DNA from: an uncultured Clostridia bacterium
GTDB lineage: Bacteria > Bacillota > Clostridia > Christensenellales > UBA1242
Assembly: GCA_944377415.1 (NCBI GenBank)
Contig: CALWEW010000004.1
Location: 1,681 to 65,680 of the forward strand
DNA length: 64,000 nucleotides
Direction of reading: 5' to 3'
Shown here piece after piece: positions 10,101 to 19,629 of this stretch; position 1 is the first letter of the stretch, and every line of letters begins with the position of its first letter. The notes beneath the pieces are model-generated. The model ran no database searches and was not told the origin of the DNA. It saw only the letters and a program-made list of their open reading frames with translations. A program made the translations under genes and the position numbers.

Positions 10101-12615
10101 CTTCCTTGAATGGCTCGAAAACGACGAGCGCGTATCAACAAACGCGACATATACATTTACGCTAGAAGCACATGACTACACCATCCACGCGCGTTCAGTA
10201 GGACAAACATTTAGCATTACTTACAATAATGTTGACGATACCTCGACTCTCACCACGCAATATACTTACAATCGTACTAGCGATTTCTCATTCAAAAATA
10301 ATCCTAATCGTGATGGTGCAATCTTTATCGGTTGGCAAAATAATAATGAACCTACCGACCTTACTTTGTCTGACGAAATTGAAATTCCCGCAGGTACGCA
10401 TGGTACCCTAACTTATACAGCACAGTATAGTACGGGCTCAGTAGATTATTTGTCTTATACTGCGCTTTCGGACAACACTGCGGAAGTCGGGAAACATTTC
10501 TTTACTTCATTGCCAGATGATGTTGTTATCCCCGATTATGTGTATTTGAAAAATGGCGTAGACAGTTCGAGTATCTCTTCAACGACAGGATATATAGTAG
10601 ACAAGAGTCTGTTTGATGCTGGTTTTGAAAACATATACAAAATCACGCAAATTCGAGGTGGCTCTTATAGTGATAGTGGTTGGAGTTACAGTAATTACGC
10701 CTTTGCCCAAAGTGATATTAATTCAATAACTTTGCCTGACACACTTGAGAGAATAGGCGTTGGCTCATTCCTTGATTCAACCGTGCAAACTGTAAACTTT
10801 GGTTCTGGCGTTACTCGAATAGGCGAATATGCATTCAACGGTTGTACAGGTCTTACAAGTGTATCAATCCCTAGTTCAGTTACAGAAATCGCGGTTGGTG
10901 CTTTCTTCCGTTGTTCAAGGTTAAGTAGTATCGCCTTTGCTGAAGGGCTGACAACCATAGGCATGGGAGCCTTCCAGCAAACAGCGCTAACAAATATTAC
11001 TTTCCCGTCAAGTCTTACCAGCATCGGCGTTGCTGCATTCAATAAATTAGGTTTGCAAACTGTAAACTTCGGTGCAAATACACAACTAACGGAAATCGGC
11101 TCTCAAGCATTCTACAACAACTATAACTTAACTTCTGTTACTTTCGGTGTAAATTGTAGTATTGGTACAATAGGTGCAAGCGCATTTGCATATTGTCCGT
11201 CATTAAAGACGATAAACATTCCAGAACAAATAAATGTTATTAGCGAATATGCATTCTCGGATGCTACCTCGCTTTATGAAATCGGTTTGACGGAAAATTC
11301 AACACTTACACAATTAGGAGAAAATGCTTTCCAAAACTGTCATAGTTTAGTTGAAGTTGTTATTCCTGACACCTGCATGATGTTTGGCTCTTCACCGTTT
11401 AACCAGTGTTACAACTTGCGTAGGGTAAACATGCAAAACTTGCCGCGTGGCGACGAGGACTGGAAAGATATTCTATTTGGCACAGGTGATAATTATCCAT
11501 ATGCAGAACGCGGACAGACAGAAAGTGAGTTTACGGGAACAATTGAAGTATTAGATAATGGTATCGTGTTGTGGAATAAGAAAACACCTTCATCAAGCAC
11601 GGATGCAGATACTTCGGTAATTATAAACTACCATGGAACTTCAGGGGTGGTTGATTTAACAAGCACAGACATTACAAAAGTTGGAGATAGGGCATTCGCT
11701 TATAACCTTACAATCCAGGAATTGCGTTTGCCTATAACCGTAAGGCAAATAGGTGCTGAACCATTCAACTTTGCGGATAATCTTACAACAATTGTGTGGC
11801 CTTATAATTCAAGCATTGCAAGTTTGGCTAGTGGTAATGGTGGGTATACAGTTAATACATCATCATTCGCGGGTGCTCACAAACTTGTGCAACTAGGCTT
11901 GCCATTTGATGTTGATGACCTTACCTTTGAGGGCGATGCTACACTTATATACGATAGTGACGGAATTGAGATTATAAACACTAACGGAAGTGAAACATTC
12001 GCTACAACATTTAGTACTTCTGGTGATTATACAACTGTTACATTCGGTGGTACTTCTGCACTCGTAGGACAAACTTATTTGTTAACATATAATGGAACAG
12101 CCACAACTGTAGGCCTATCTGGACAGACAAATATCTATGCAGGTCTGTTTGCTGGTAATCGAAATATTACATCGGTAACTCTGCCGAGCGGAATGACGGC
12201 AATTCCTGATGCGATGTTTATAGGTGCGTATAACTTGCAATCAATTAATATCCCTACGATTGTTACAAGCATCGGCGACAATGCCTTTAGATTGAACTTC
12301 TCACTCACAAGCGCAAATATCAGCGAACTCACAAACCTTACCGAAATCGGCAAATATGCTTTCGACCTTTGTATTTCGTGGACAGATGATATTGAAATCG
12401 CAGGCAGTGTTACGGTTATTTCGGAAGGTGCATTCCGTGGTTGCTTCAATATCACGAGCGTTACTCTAAATGAAGGTACCGAGCGTCTCGAGGCGTATTG
12501 CTTCCAGGCAACTGGCGGAATCACGGACGAAACTTTCACACTTCCTAGCACAGTAAACTATATTCACGAAGAAGCCTTCCGTGATAATGAGAACTACCAA
12601 CCGCCTCAAATATAA
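7129..12615 (+). CDS. Large surface protein: N-terminal TM, InlB B-repeats/MucBP-like domains, C-terminal BspA-type leucine-rich repeats
   Basis: Repeated PTRxGYxFxGW..Y.A.W units; C-terminal L.SI.IP.SVT.IG..AF..C repeats. Confidence 0.88.
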   Translation: MWYMYDSMKRATALIVLFFLFVLIVVGVIVFFSLKDDGERPDTELNLSLDARGGVISDADDFTLNDYGYYVKVVQRGDYYGTLPTAEREGYIFLGWSEVVDGELIGTQDVIAAEDDFMLYAVYEWVGITVSYTVRYVDTYGAEIAQSLVSTAIEGTEVELQPIEITGYTLNTELTDLTPIINRNRVYDIIYTPNTYYINLAVSDEIVYADSVDYEYNSTVTLPNFSEISSVDDRFNLVGMHFVGWQVGENLIADGGEITLNDMLTLGLDASNVGSAVNLIAVYEPNEYRINFNSQCAQVYTAPADYNGLLPEPTFNVPDGYAFVGWYLSDTGATGTDIAGQQPIDMSKFTVPANDLELYAGYTLLTYSITLHLNGGQYPAGESNPTEYTVESDFILVAPEKVGSTFVGWIGAGMTDPVPSFHVINMTGNIELSAVYEDEVYTIVYNLDGGDFAGSICPTTYTQSSADIAVTAPVRAGYEFMGWTGTDLSAPTIDLVISQGSMGNREYTATWRAEIYDIHYVLNNGSLNTTHNTYTVEDEPFTLNIPTRAGYDFVGWSIDDSEPNPSYIFVPSEHLGDVTFTAVWSASGYAIKYDFAGGSQAAGGNYPDSYTTEESVTPTDPVRAGYDFTGWTLYNERGTELFEDYIILGSTGERRFVANWSPRTDTKYTVNIFLMNELGEYLDSPDSSETRTGTTDTLVTVTPEDISGYITPESEQVTILGDGSGVVNLYYERVQYTLTIAGNGITAIEEQDYYHGATITITAELLDGYDFTTWTQTSGTTVELSIDGTSVTFVMPESAVTLTATTSTIPYTITYDLGEGTVATPNPTEYTVETPTFTLNNPTREGYIFTGWTGTGLSSPTMTVTITVGSTGNRSYTANFEPAPVDYTVNHYWQNIENDEYTLHESITEQAQAGSSVTAPLQDYEGFSAPATQQVTVNADGSSSVDYYYTRNNYTVTIATTDDGILSTSGADTYRYGATVTLSAEMYEYYSFLEWLENDERVSTNATYTFTLEAHDYTIHARSVGQTFSITYNNVDDTSTLTTQYTYNRTSDFSFKNNPNRDGAIFIGWQNNNEPTDLTLSDEIEIPAGTHGTLTYTAQYSTGSVDYLSYTALSDNTAEVGKHFFTSLPDDVVIPDYVYLKNGVDSSSISSTTGYIVDKSLFDAGFENIYKITQIRGGSYSDSGWSYSNYAFAQSDINSITLPDTLERIGVGSFLDSTVQTVNFGSGVTRIGEYAFNGCTGLTSVSIPSSVTEIAVGAFFRCSRLSSIAFAEGLTTIGMGAFQQTALTNITFPSSLTSIGVAAFNKLGLQTVNFGANTQLTEIGSQAFYNNYNLTSVTFGVNCSIGTIGASAFAYCPSLKTINIPEQINVISEYAFSDATSLYEIGLTENSTLTQLGENAFQNCHSLVEVVIPDTCMMFGSSPFNQCYNLRRVNMQNLPRGDEDWKDILFGTGDNYPYAERGQTESEFTGTIEVLDNGIVLWNKKTPSSSTDADTSVIINYHGTSGVVDLTSTDITKVGDRAFAYNLTIQELRLPITVRQIGAEPFNFADNLTTIVWPYNSSIASLASGNGGYTVNTSSFAGAHKLVQLGLPFDVDDLTFEGDATLIYDSDGIEIINTNGSETFATTFSTSGDYTTVTFGGTSALVGQTYLLTYNGTATTVGLSGQTNIYAGLFAGNRNITSVTLPSGMTAIPDAMFIGAYNLQSINIPTIVTSIGDNAFRLNFSLTSANISELTNLTEIGKYAFDLCISWTDDIEIAGSVTVISEGAFRGCFNITSVTLNEGTERLEAYCFQATGGITDETFTLPSTVNYIHEEAFRDNENYQPPQI

Positions 12616-12618
12616 TAT

Positions 12619-12648
12619 AAAATGCAGCGAGGGATTCGCTGTATTTTA
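12619..12648 (+). terminator. Intrinsic terminator
   Basis: AAAATGCAGCGA-GGGAT-TCGCTGTATTTT. Confidence 0.75.
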
Positions 12649-12653
12649 TATTT

Positions 12654-12949
12654 AATTAGGAATTAGGAGTTAGGAGTTAAGGCTCACTTCGTGCGGTCTA
12701 CTTGATAATTTCTTTTTCCCTATTGCGAAAGCGACCTCTTTGTGTTATAATAAAAATAATTAATTACTAATTAGCAAATTAATCCAAAATTTCCTAGTGT
12801 AGAGTAAATTTAAACAGTATAAGTGGCTGGGAATTTTGACCTTAACTGCTAATTGCTAATTATTTAACCGCGCCTTTGATACGCAATAATTCAAAATTCA
12901 AAATTCAAAATTCAAAATTCAAAATTCGACTGAAGTGCGCTCCGCGCAC
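12654..12949. repeat. Heptamer tandem repeats with small GC hairpins
   Basis: AATTAGG/AGTTAGG run at 12654-12682; (AATTCAA)x5 at 12888-12922; CTGCTAATTGCTAATT near 12846; hairpin GTGCGC-TCC-GCGCAC near 12935. Confidence 0.8.
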
Positions 12950-12962
12950 GAAAGGAGTAACT

Positions 12963-15173
12963 ATGGCAGAAAAAGAAGTATTTGTTGATAAAGTAAATAT
13001 AAAAGGGAAAAATCTCGGAGCAGCCTACAAAGATGGTGTTTATAATGGCGAGTTGAGAAAAGGCACTTTTGGCATGCAACCGCACGGAAATGGAACTGCG
13101 GAATTTTCAAGTCTGCGTGGCACCATTACTCAAACGGGCTTTTGGAAAAAGGGCGAGTTTGTCGAAGGGAAAATGACGACCCCTGATTACGAGATGAACG
13201 GCGTTTACGAAAACAACTACTTGCGCCGCGGTCGTGTAGATTTGCCTAATGGTGACTATTACGATGGTGCGTTTGGAACGGTCGTGCAGTTAAATTCTTT
13301 TCATCAGACAAATAAAGACGGTACAGTGTTTGAGGGGAAAGTAATATATTTGGGCGACAAAAGTTGTATATTAGGCTCCGTGACTGAACCAAACGGTTCA
13401 GTACGCGAAGGACTTTTTGTTTGCGACAGAAAAGTGACGAATTATGAAAAGGGTGCGCTCGTGCGTTCGCTCACCCAACACAATCCTAGTCTCGAATTTG
13501 TTTTTGGTACTGCAAAATTTATTTTGGAAACTGGGGAAAAGTTTGAAGGTTTTCGCGTAAATATTATCAATCCGCAATTTGTCCGCGAAAACATAAGCAC
13601 TCAATCACTGGGTAGAGTCGTGGTAAAAGCAAACTTGAGCATGGATTTGCCAGAGGAATATAAGAATGTGCCCGAGATTGACGAATATATCAGCAAACTT
13701 AGGGGGCGTATGCCAACGGAAATTTTAGCAAATTTTGAAGAAGACCAAAATAAAGTATTTACTGGCAGTAATCTTAATTATTACGGTACATTAAATTATT
13801 CCGCAACGGCAAGCGAGCCACTAGAATACTCAATTCGCGGAGCGTTTAGTTTTGATACAGAGCCAAATAAGTATAGTAAAAAACTTTATTATACCTTTAT
13901 TGCCCCTGAAATCACATTGCATACGCCAAAGTGCGATTTTGTAGGAGACAATATGCCGAAAGGAGCATCAAGCAGTACGGAACAGAGTAATTTAGAATTT
14001 GTAAAAGGAGTATATACTGATAAAGCAAATAATTCTGTTTTTAAAGGTATTTTTTCCTTTGACCAAAACGAAGCAGATAAGCGCACCGCATTTAAAACTC
14101 ACTTGCGTTTCCGTAGCGGAGAAGTTAGGGTAACTTTGCCAAACCGCAATAACTTATATTCAGTTAGCAAGACTTCTGCGACCGTTGCTCCAGATGAAGA
14201 TTTAAAAGGTGTGCGCGCAGTCGGGGATAGCAGAAGCACAAAGAACGGCGATTTCCAAAAAGGTACTTTTAATATTGATTTTGTCCGTGGTGAGCCACTC
14301 GCTGTTAAGTTTATTTCAGGCAGAGAAAAACGCACCGTCGACACAACCGCACTTGATGGCAAATGTGTTGTTTATGAAATAGAAAATTATAATTTAGTAT
14401 CACGCGATGACCAAAAGTTCACTTTTAAAGAATGCAAAGATTTAAAAATTGAACCAACCTATTTTGGTAAAATTACCGAAACTACACAAAAGGGTAGCAA
14501 GCTCGGTGAGATAATGTTGAAAGGCGCGTTTACAGGCGACTTTATAAAAATGAATTTTGAACTCATTGAGGGCGACATTAGACAAACTACACGACAAAAA
14601 ACAGATGGTGCGGACATCAGCCGAATTTTGAATTTGCAGAAATATTATATAGACAGCAAAATTCCTATTCATCGCGGTTCGGAAAGAGTATTTAATGCGA
14701 TTGTTGACGGTGACAGAATTGACTCTATTACAAAAGTTGGCGACTTTATATTTGATGCAGATACTTATGAAGTAAGCCTAATAAATGGCGATTTGGAAAT
14801 GAGCGCGCCCGACCGAAATTATGAACTTACGACTTCCAACGGAACAAATTTTGCAGGAAAAATTCTTGTGAACAGTGATGGTGCAACATTAGCGCGCAAG
14901 GGTGCTTTTGTCTATGACGAGGGGCGCGATGACTATATTATGCAAAGCGGAAAGGTCATGTTTAAAAAAGGTGATTATACCTATAAAGCCGAATTTGATG
15001 GGGCAGGACTCGAACATTTTAGTGGCAAGCGATTTGCTGGGACTTTGTATAATGAGCGCACGGAAAAAGGCGAAATTGTCATTATTAATAGTTTAAAACC
15101 TATCTATAATGAGATTAAGCGCCGTGAACGCATAGAAGCAAAAAAAGAAACTTTTTCAACTCAAGAAAGATAA
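12963..15173 (+). CDS. Hypothetical beta-rich protein with MORN-like N-terminal repeats
   Basis: RBS AAAGGAG before ATG 12963; YNGEL..PHGNGT..TGFWKKGEF, LPNGDYYDGAF. Confidence 0.65.
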   Translation: MAEKEVFVDKVNIKGKNLGAAYKDGVYNGELRKGTFGMQPHGNGTAEFSSLRGTITQTGFWKKGEFVEGKMTTPDYEMNGVYENNYLRRGRVDLPNGDYYDGAFGTVVQLNSFHQTNKDGTVFEGKVIYLGDKSCILGSVTEPNGSVREGLFVCDRKVTNYEKGALVRSLTQHNPSLEFVFGTAKFILETGEKFEGFRVNIINPQFVRENISTQSLGRVVVKANLSMDLPEEYKNVPEIDEYISKLRGRMPTEILANFEEDQNKVFTGSNLNYYGTLNYSATASEPLEYSIRGAFSFDTEPNKYSKKLYYTFIAPEITLHTPKCDFVGDNMPKGASSSTEQSNLEFVKGVYTDKANNSVFKGIFSFDQNEADKRTAFKTHLRFRSGEVRVTLPNRNNLYSVSKTSATVAPDEDLKGVRAVGDSRSTKNGDFQKGTFNIDFVRGEPLAVKFISGREKRTVDTTALDGKCVVYEIENYNLVSRDDQKFTFKECKDLKIEPTYFGKITETTQKGSKLGEIMLKGAFTGDFIKMNFELIEGDIRQTTRQKTDGADISRILNLQKYYIDSKIPIHRGSERVFNAIVDGDRIDSITKVGDFIFDADTYEVSLINGDLEMSAPDRNYELTTSNGTNFAGKILVNSDGATLARKGAFVYDEGRDDYIMQSGKVMFKKGDYTYKAEFDGAGLEHFSGKRFAGTLYNERTEKGEIVIINSLKPIYNEIKRRERIEAKKETFSTQER

Positions 15174-15174
15174 A

Positions 15175-15208
15175 AATAAAAGGCTTTTTATTTCAAAAAG
15201 CCTTTTAT
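15175..15208. terminator. Bidirectional terminator between convergent genes
   Basis: ATAAAAGGCTTTT-TATTTCA-AAAAGCCTTTTAT. Confidence 0.65.
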
Positions 15209-16105
15209 TATTTGTTCTTCGGCTTCGGGTTGTGTTAGCCCGAGCGTTAGTAGTTTTATTATTTGTTCGCCTGCAATTTTCCCGATGGCAGCTTCGTGAG
15301 TTAGGCTTGCATCAGGGTGTGTGTTTTGTAGAGCGGGGGTCGATGAAACTTGTGCTTTGTCCATAATTATGGCATCACATTCAACATGTCCAAAACAAAT
15401 GTTATTTCCGTCTATTTTAGAGTTGAAAACTTGTTTACTGTTTCCTTTTGCGACACTGCGACTAATTACATGTGCTTTGCTGTTTGCGCCGTTTAGAGCG
15501 ACATCAAAGTCAGTTTCGGCGAAGTCATCGCGCTCGGTTAAAATGCTTTCCTTTATTTCAAGTGTTGCTCCTTTTTCAAGGTCGGCTTTTGTTGTGCGAA
15601 TTGAGTGCGTAACTCCACCTAGTTGTGTTGTTTCCATAGTAAGAGATGCATTTTCACCTAAATGTATAACGGTAGTTGGGTTTAGAATTTTTTGCGATTT
15701 CGTCTTTCCTATGCCGAGATGTTTTTCAACATATCTAACTTTTGAGTTTTTCCCGACATGGAAAGTGTGAATGCCATCGTGCCCAGATTTTTCATCACCC
15801 GCATTATGAACGCCGCAGCCTGCAACGATTAGCACATCGCAGTTTTCGCCGATAAAAAAGTCGTTGTAGACAAGGTCGTTTAGCCCTGTTTCCGTAACAA
15901 TTACAGGAATGTGAACGCTTTTGTTTACTGTGCCGTCTTTAATATGAATATTGATACCTGCTTTGTCCGCTTTGCTTTCAATTACAATACCGTCTGAATT
16001 TTGCCTGCCGACAAGTTGTCCATTTTTACGGATATTATATGCTCCAGCAGGGACATCGTGTAAATCAGCAATTTGCGCAAATAATTCACTATCTATCTTT
16101 GTCAT
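15188..16105 (-). CDS. SufB/SufD family Fe-S cluster assembly protein
   Basis: GHVECDAII, LTHEAAIGKIAGEQIIKLLTLGL..AEEQIIKGFL. Confidence 0.92.
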   Translation of the reverse strand: MTKIDSELFAQIADLHDVPAGAYNIRKNGQLVGRQNSDGIVIESKADKAGINIHIKDGTVNKSVHIPVIVTETGLNDLVYNDFFIGENCDVLIVAGCGVHNAGDEKSGHDGIHTFHVGKNSKVRYVEKHLGIGKTKSQKILNPTTVIHLGENASLTMETTQLGGVTHSIRTTKADLEKGATLEIKESILTERDDFAETDFDVALNGANSKAHVISRSVAKGNSKQVFNSKIDGNNICFGHVECDAIIMDKAQVSSTPALQNTHPDASLTHEAAIGKIAGEQIIKLLTLGLTQPEAEEQIIKGFLK

Positions 16106-16115
16106 ATTATACCTT

Positions 16116-16865
16116 TTAATTTATTTTTAATTTTTCGCAACTCTTAAAATCACGAATAGCAGGCATTACCTCGTTAGGCGCTCCGCTCAGCACGATGCGA
16201 CCGTCAGCAATTAAAATGACCACATCGGCACTGTTTATAAGTTTTTCTTGATGACTAATGATTATATTAGTTCGGTTTTTGTCTATTGTGCGTTTGAAAA
16301 TATTTACAAGGCTGCTAAAACTCCAAATATCAATGCCAGCCTCGGGTTCGTCAAAAATATTTAATTCGCAGTTTCTGGCTAACACGCTTGCTATTTCAAT
16401 GCGCTTTAATTCGCCACCAGAAAGGGTATTATCTAATTCGCGGTCGAGATATTCGCGCGCACATAAGCCAACAAGTGATAAGTATTCACATGCTTGTGAA
16501 GTCGTTAGGCGGTTTTTAGGTGTGTCGTTTTCTGTGCCGATAAAGCGACTGTTGTATGCGGTGCTAATCATGTCGCGCGCAGTTAGCCCTTTAAAGCGTA
16601 CTGGTTGTTGAAAAGCAAACGCAATGCCTAGGCGAGCGCGTGCGGTTGTATCTAGTTTGGATATATCTCTACCATTCAATATTATTTGTCCGCTTGCTGC
16701 GGGGTAAATTCCCATGATAACTTTCGCGAGCGTACTTTTTCCACAGCCGTTTGCGCCCGTGATAACATAGTTTTTGCCTTTTTCAAATGTAAAGTTAATG
16801 TCTTGTAATATAATTTTGTTGCCTTGCTCTTGTGTGGCAAACTTAATATTTTTTAATGTAAGCAT
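16116..16865 (-). CDS. SufC-like ABC ATPase
   Basis: GANGCGKST, LSGGELKRIEIA, IFDEPEAGID; adjacent to the SufBD gene. Confidence 0.9.
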   Translation of the reverse strand: MLTLKNIKFATQEQGNKIILQDINFTFEKGKNYVITGANGCGKSTLAKVIMGIYPAASGQIILNGRDISKLDTTARARLGIAFAFQQPVRFKGLTARDMISTAYNSRFIGTENDTPKNRLTTSQACEYLSLVGLCAREYLDRELDNTLSGGELKRIEIASVLARNCELNIFDEPEAGIDIWSFSSLVNIFKRTIDKNRTNIIISHQEKLINSADVVILIADGRIVLSGAPNEVMPAIRDFKSCEKLKIN

Positions 16866-17159
16866 AAAATAATTATATCATTTATTGATATAAATTTCAA
16901 CCATACAAATAAATTTTATATTTTAATGAGCGTGAGCACTAATTTAATTTTAGTGTGTGCATGCGTTCTTTTAAGTTGCTAAAAATGCAATAATAGAAAG
17001 GGGGCTTCATGCAATTTGCTACGCTATTGCGAGAGCGTTTTCGCACATTTTGACAAATTTGATAAAGTGTGCTATAAATAATTTGCAACAACATAAATTT
17101 AAATAATTAAGTTGTGTTTGCAACTTCATAAAATAAACAATATTAAAAGGATATAAAAA

Positions 17160-17888
17160 ATGGTTCAAATGTGTTTTTCAAGTTTCCTGCTCGCTCAAAT
17201 TTATGAAGAAACTGAACTAAAAAATAACAAAGTAATGTTTGATGACCTCGTAAACAAAGTGCAAAGTTCAAGGGACCCGAATCTTCTAGCATACATAAAA
17301 GAGGATTTAAAAAACACAACTCATCATCATTGCGAAAATCACGAGCACGGGAAGTGTAATTGCAAAGAGCCTTGCGCTCATTGTCATTGTAAAGAGAAAG
17401 CCGAGAAAGAAAAACAGCAGGGTGATGCTAATAATAAAAAAGTATTCGATTTAAACAATCGACAACAAGTCGCACAACTTGTGTCGGCATCGCTTGACTA
17501 TCTTTATGATTTAGGGTGTGTTGACCAAAGTTTTGCAGAGAAAAATGGCTATTATGGCATGACTTTTACTGTCTCCGAAGACATAGAGGGCTTTGCTTCA
17601 TCGGCATACCATTGTGCCTATGTTCGCAACAAACTCGAACATGTTAGCCCGCAAACGCTTAATACCCTTATTGCTTGCGAACCCGAGAAACCGCTTGCGG
17701 TTTTTACTGAAATGAACAAAAAGGAGCGTAAGCGCATCGCGCGCATGTGTTGCGATTTGCTAACCACAGACCTTGCGGAAATTTCGCATGACCCGTATAC
17801 AGATAAAAAAACCCTTATGCTTACTCCAGCAGGGCAGAGCGCTGCGCGCTATTTAGAGGTAAAGTTCAGCAATCAAAAGACACTTTAA
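17160..17888 (+). CDS. Hypothetical protein with His/Cys-rich putative metal-binding segment
   Basis: RBS AAAGGA; HHHCENHEHGKCNCKEPCAHCHC; TTGACA..TATAAA promoter-like sequence at ~17050-17078. Confidence 0.6.
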   Translation: MVQMCFSSFLLAQIYEETELKNNKVMFDDLVNKVQSSRDPNLLAYIKEDLKNTTHHHCENHEHGKCNCKEPCAHCHCKEKAEKEKQQGDANNKKVFDLNNRQQVAQLVSASLDYLYDLGCVDQSFAEKNGYYGMTFTVSEDIEGFASSAYHCAYVRNKLEHVSPQTLNTLIACEPEKPLAVFTEMNKKERKRIARMCCDLLTTDLAEISHDPYTDKKTLMLTPAGQSAARYLEVKFSNQKTL

Positions 17889-18009
17889 TAAACACAATAA
17901 TTATAATAGCACCATGACACTAAAAGTATCAAAGTACTTTAAACAAATAAATAACCAAAATGTGCTTTTTTTGTTTGCGTAGTGAACAAAGTTTTGATAT
18001 AATTTAAAT

Positions 18010-18474
18010 ATGAAAATTTTAGTTGTATCCGATTCTCACGGAAATATAGGTAATATTTTGACGGCGATTGACCGCGAACAGCCCGATGTTTTAATTCATC
18101 TCGGCGATGGTTTGCCAGACCTTGCGGATATTAAATTCAGCGGGCAAATTTACGCTGCTCGCGGGAATTGCGACCTTAACGGAAAGATTAAAACCATGGG
18201 CAAGGTGGAACATAACAAAAAAATCATTTTATACTTGCACGGTCATGAGTTCGATGTTTCGAAAGGTTACGAAAAATTAGTGAACTTCGCCACCGCACAG
18301 GGCGCAGATATTGTTCTTTTTGGGCATACTCATAGACCCGATTACTTCACTCGTAACGGCATAGTTTTTGTGAACCCAGGGGCAATGAAAGACCGCCAAA
18401 GCGGCACATACGCAACTATTGAATTTGTAAAAGATGTTGCAGAACCGATTATCAAGCATCATAAAATCGTTTAA
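18010..18474 (+). CDS. YfcE-family metallophosphoesterase
   Basis: SDSHG, HLGDG, RGNCD, HGH, FGHTH, NPG. Confidence 0.92.
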   Translation: MKILVVSDSHGNIGNILTAIDREQPDVLIHLGDGLPDLADIKFSGQIYAARGNCDLNGKIKTMGKVEHNKKIILYLHGHEFDVSKGYEKLVNFATAQGADIVLFGHTHRPDYFTRNGIVFVNPGAMKDRQSGTYATIEFVKDVAEPIIKHHKIV

Positions 18475-18475
18475 T

Positions 18476-18508
18476 AAAAAATGCGCACCTTCGGCGTGCG
18501 CGTTTTTT
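18476..18508 (+). terminator. Intrinsic terminator
   Basis: ATGCGCAC-CTTCGGC-GTGCGCGT-TTTTT. Confidence 0.75.
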
Positions 18509-18647
18509 GTGAGCAGTTTTTAAAACGCGCTCTACTTTTATATGATTGATATTTAAAGAAATTTTAAATAGTATTTATTAAAATATAACTGGTGTCTACG
18601 CCTTTGTTATTTTGAATGTTAAAAAAATTAAAAAAAGTAAAATTTTT

Positions 18648-18726
18648 CGAAAATTTGTTCGAAAATCGTTTGACTTTCAAATTTTTATCCATTATAATAG
18701 GAGCGTAAGTTTTCGAACAAACTTTC
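18648..18726 (+). promoter_or_regulatory. SigA-type promoter flanked by LexA (Cheo)-box-like sites
   Basis: TTGACT(18670)-17 bp-TATAAT(18693); CGAAAATTTGTTCG (18648-18661) and CGAACAAACTTTC (18714-18726), each one mismatch from GAAC-N4-GTTC; lies upstream of a repair gene. Confidence 0.6.
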
Positions 18727-18800
18727 TAATTTGTGAACTTGCAACAGTTTTTTAAAAAACTTTATGGCTCTCTTACTACTATAAAAAGGAGCGTGATAAG

Positions 18801-19553
18801 GTGTCAAATTCAATTGATTTTTCTGTTTTTTCTCAACCCTTTGATGAGCAAGAATTTCGGCGAAATGTGCTTGCTTTGCGCGAGCCTAAAAATGTTGCCT
18901 TTGATGAAAAAATTTTGAAAACGCCTAAAATTGTTCTCGGCATACGCGTGCCAATATTAAGGCAGATTGTTGCATCAGCCAAATCGCAGGCGGAAGAAAT
19001 TGCGCGCAATTTAAGAACAGATTACTACGAGTTTGAAATGCTCAAAGGGCTTTTCATCGCGCAAGTAGGCAAAGGCAGAACGAAAATTGAAAACAGCATC
19101 GCGGTTGATAAGGTACTTGAATTGCTCGAAAACTTTGTACCCGAAATTGATAATTGGTCAACTTGCGACTTGATGTGCGGAGACTTGCGCATTGTAGAGA
19201 AAAATCGTGAGCATTTTATTCCTTTCATTGATAAGTGCCTTGCTAGCGAGCGCGAATTTGTAATTCGCGTGGGAATTGTGCTTTTAATGAAATTTTATCT
19301 TGATGATGACCACCGCGCACAAACCCTTGAAAAATTAAAAAATTTAAAAAGCGACTTTTACTATGTGAACATGGCGCTAGGTTGGTTGATTTGTGAAAGT
19401 TTTTTGCACGACAAAGAGCAGACATTAAATTTTCTGGAAACTGCGGGAATTAGTCCTCTTGCAATAAATAAGGGAGTTCAAAAAATTCGCGAAAGTTACC
19501 GTGTCAGTCTTGAAGACAAGGCTCTTGTTTTGAAATATAAAAGGCAAATATAA
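18801..19553 (+). CDS. DNA alkylation repair protein (AlkD family)
   Basis: LGIRVPILR, IDNWSTCD, YYVNMALGWLI, KIRESYRV. Confidence 0.88.
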   Translation: MSNSIDFSVFSQPFDEQEFRRNVLALREPKNVAFDEKILKTPKIVLGIRVPILRQIVASAKSQAEEIARNLRTDYYEFEMLKGLFIAQVGKGRTKIENSIAVDKVLELLENFVPEIDNWSTCDLMCGDLRIVEKNREHFIPFIDKCLASEREFVIRVGIVLLMKFYLDDDHRAQTLEKLKNLKSDFYYVNMALGWLICESFLHDKEQTLNFLETAGISPLAINKGVQKIRESYRVSLEDKALVLKYKRQI

Positions 19554-19629
19554 AGAGCAAAGAGCGTAAAAGTTAAAATTTGTGCTCAAAATATTTTGCA
19601 CGAGATAAAATTTATTTTAGGAGAAAATT

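Noticed and set aside
7129-12615. Diversity-generating retroelement target
   Set aside because: No reverse transcriptase in the window and no template/variable repeat pair noticed.
12876-12962. N-terminal extension NSKFKIQNSKFKI
   Set aside because: Translation of the AATTCAA repeat; a strong RBS supports ATG 12963.
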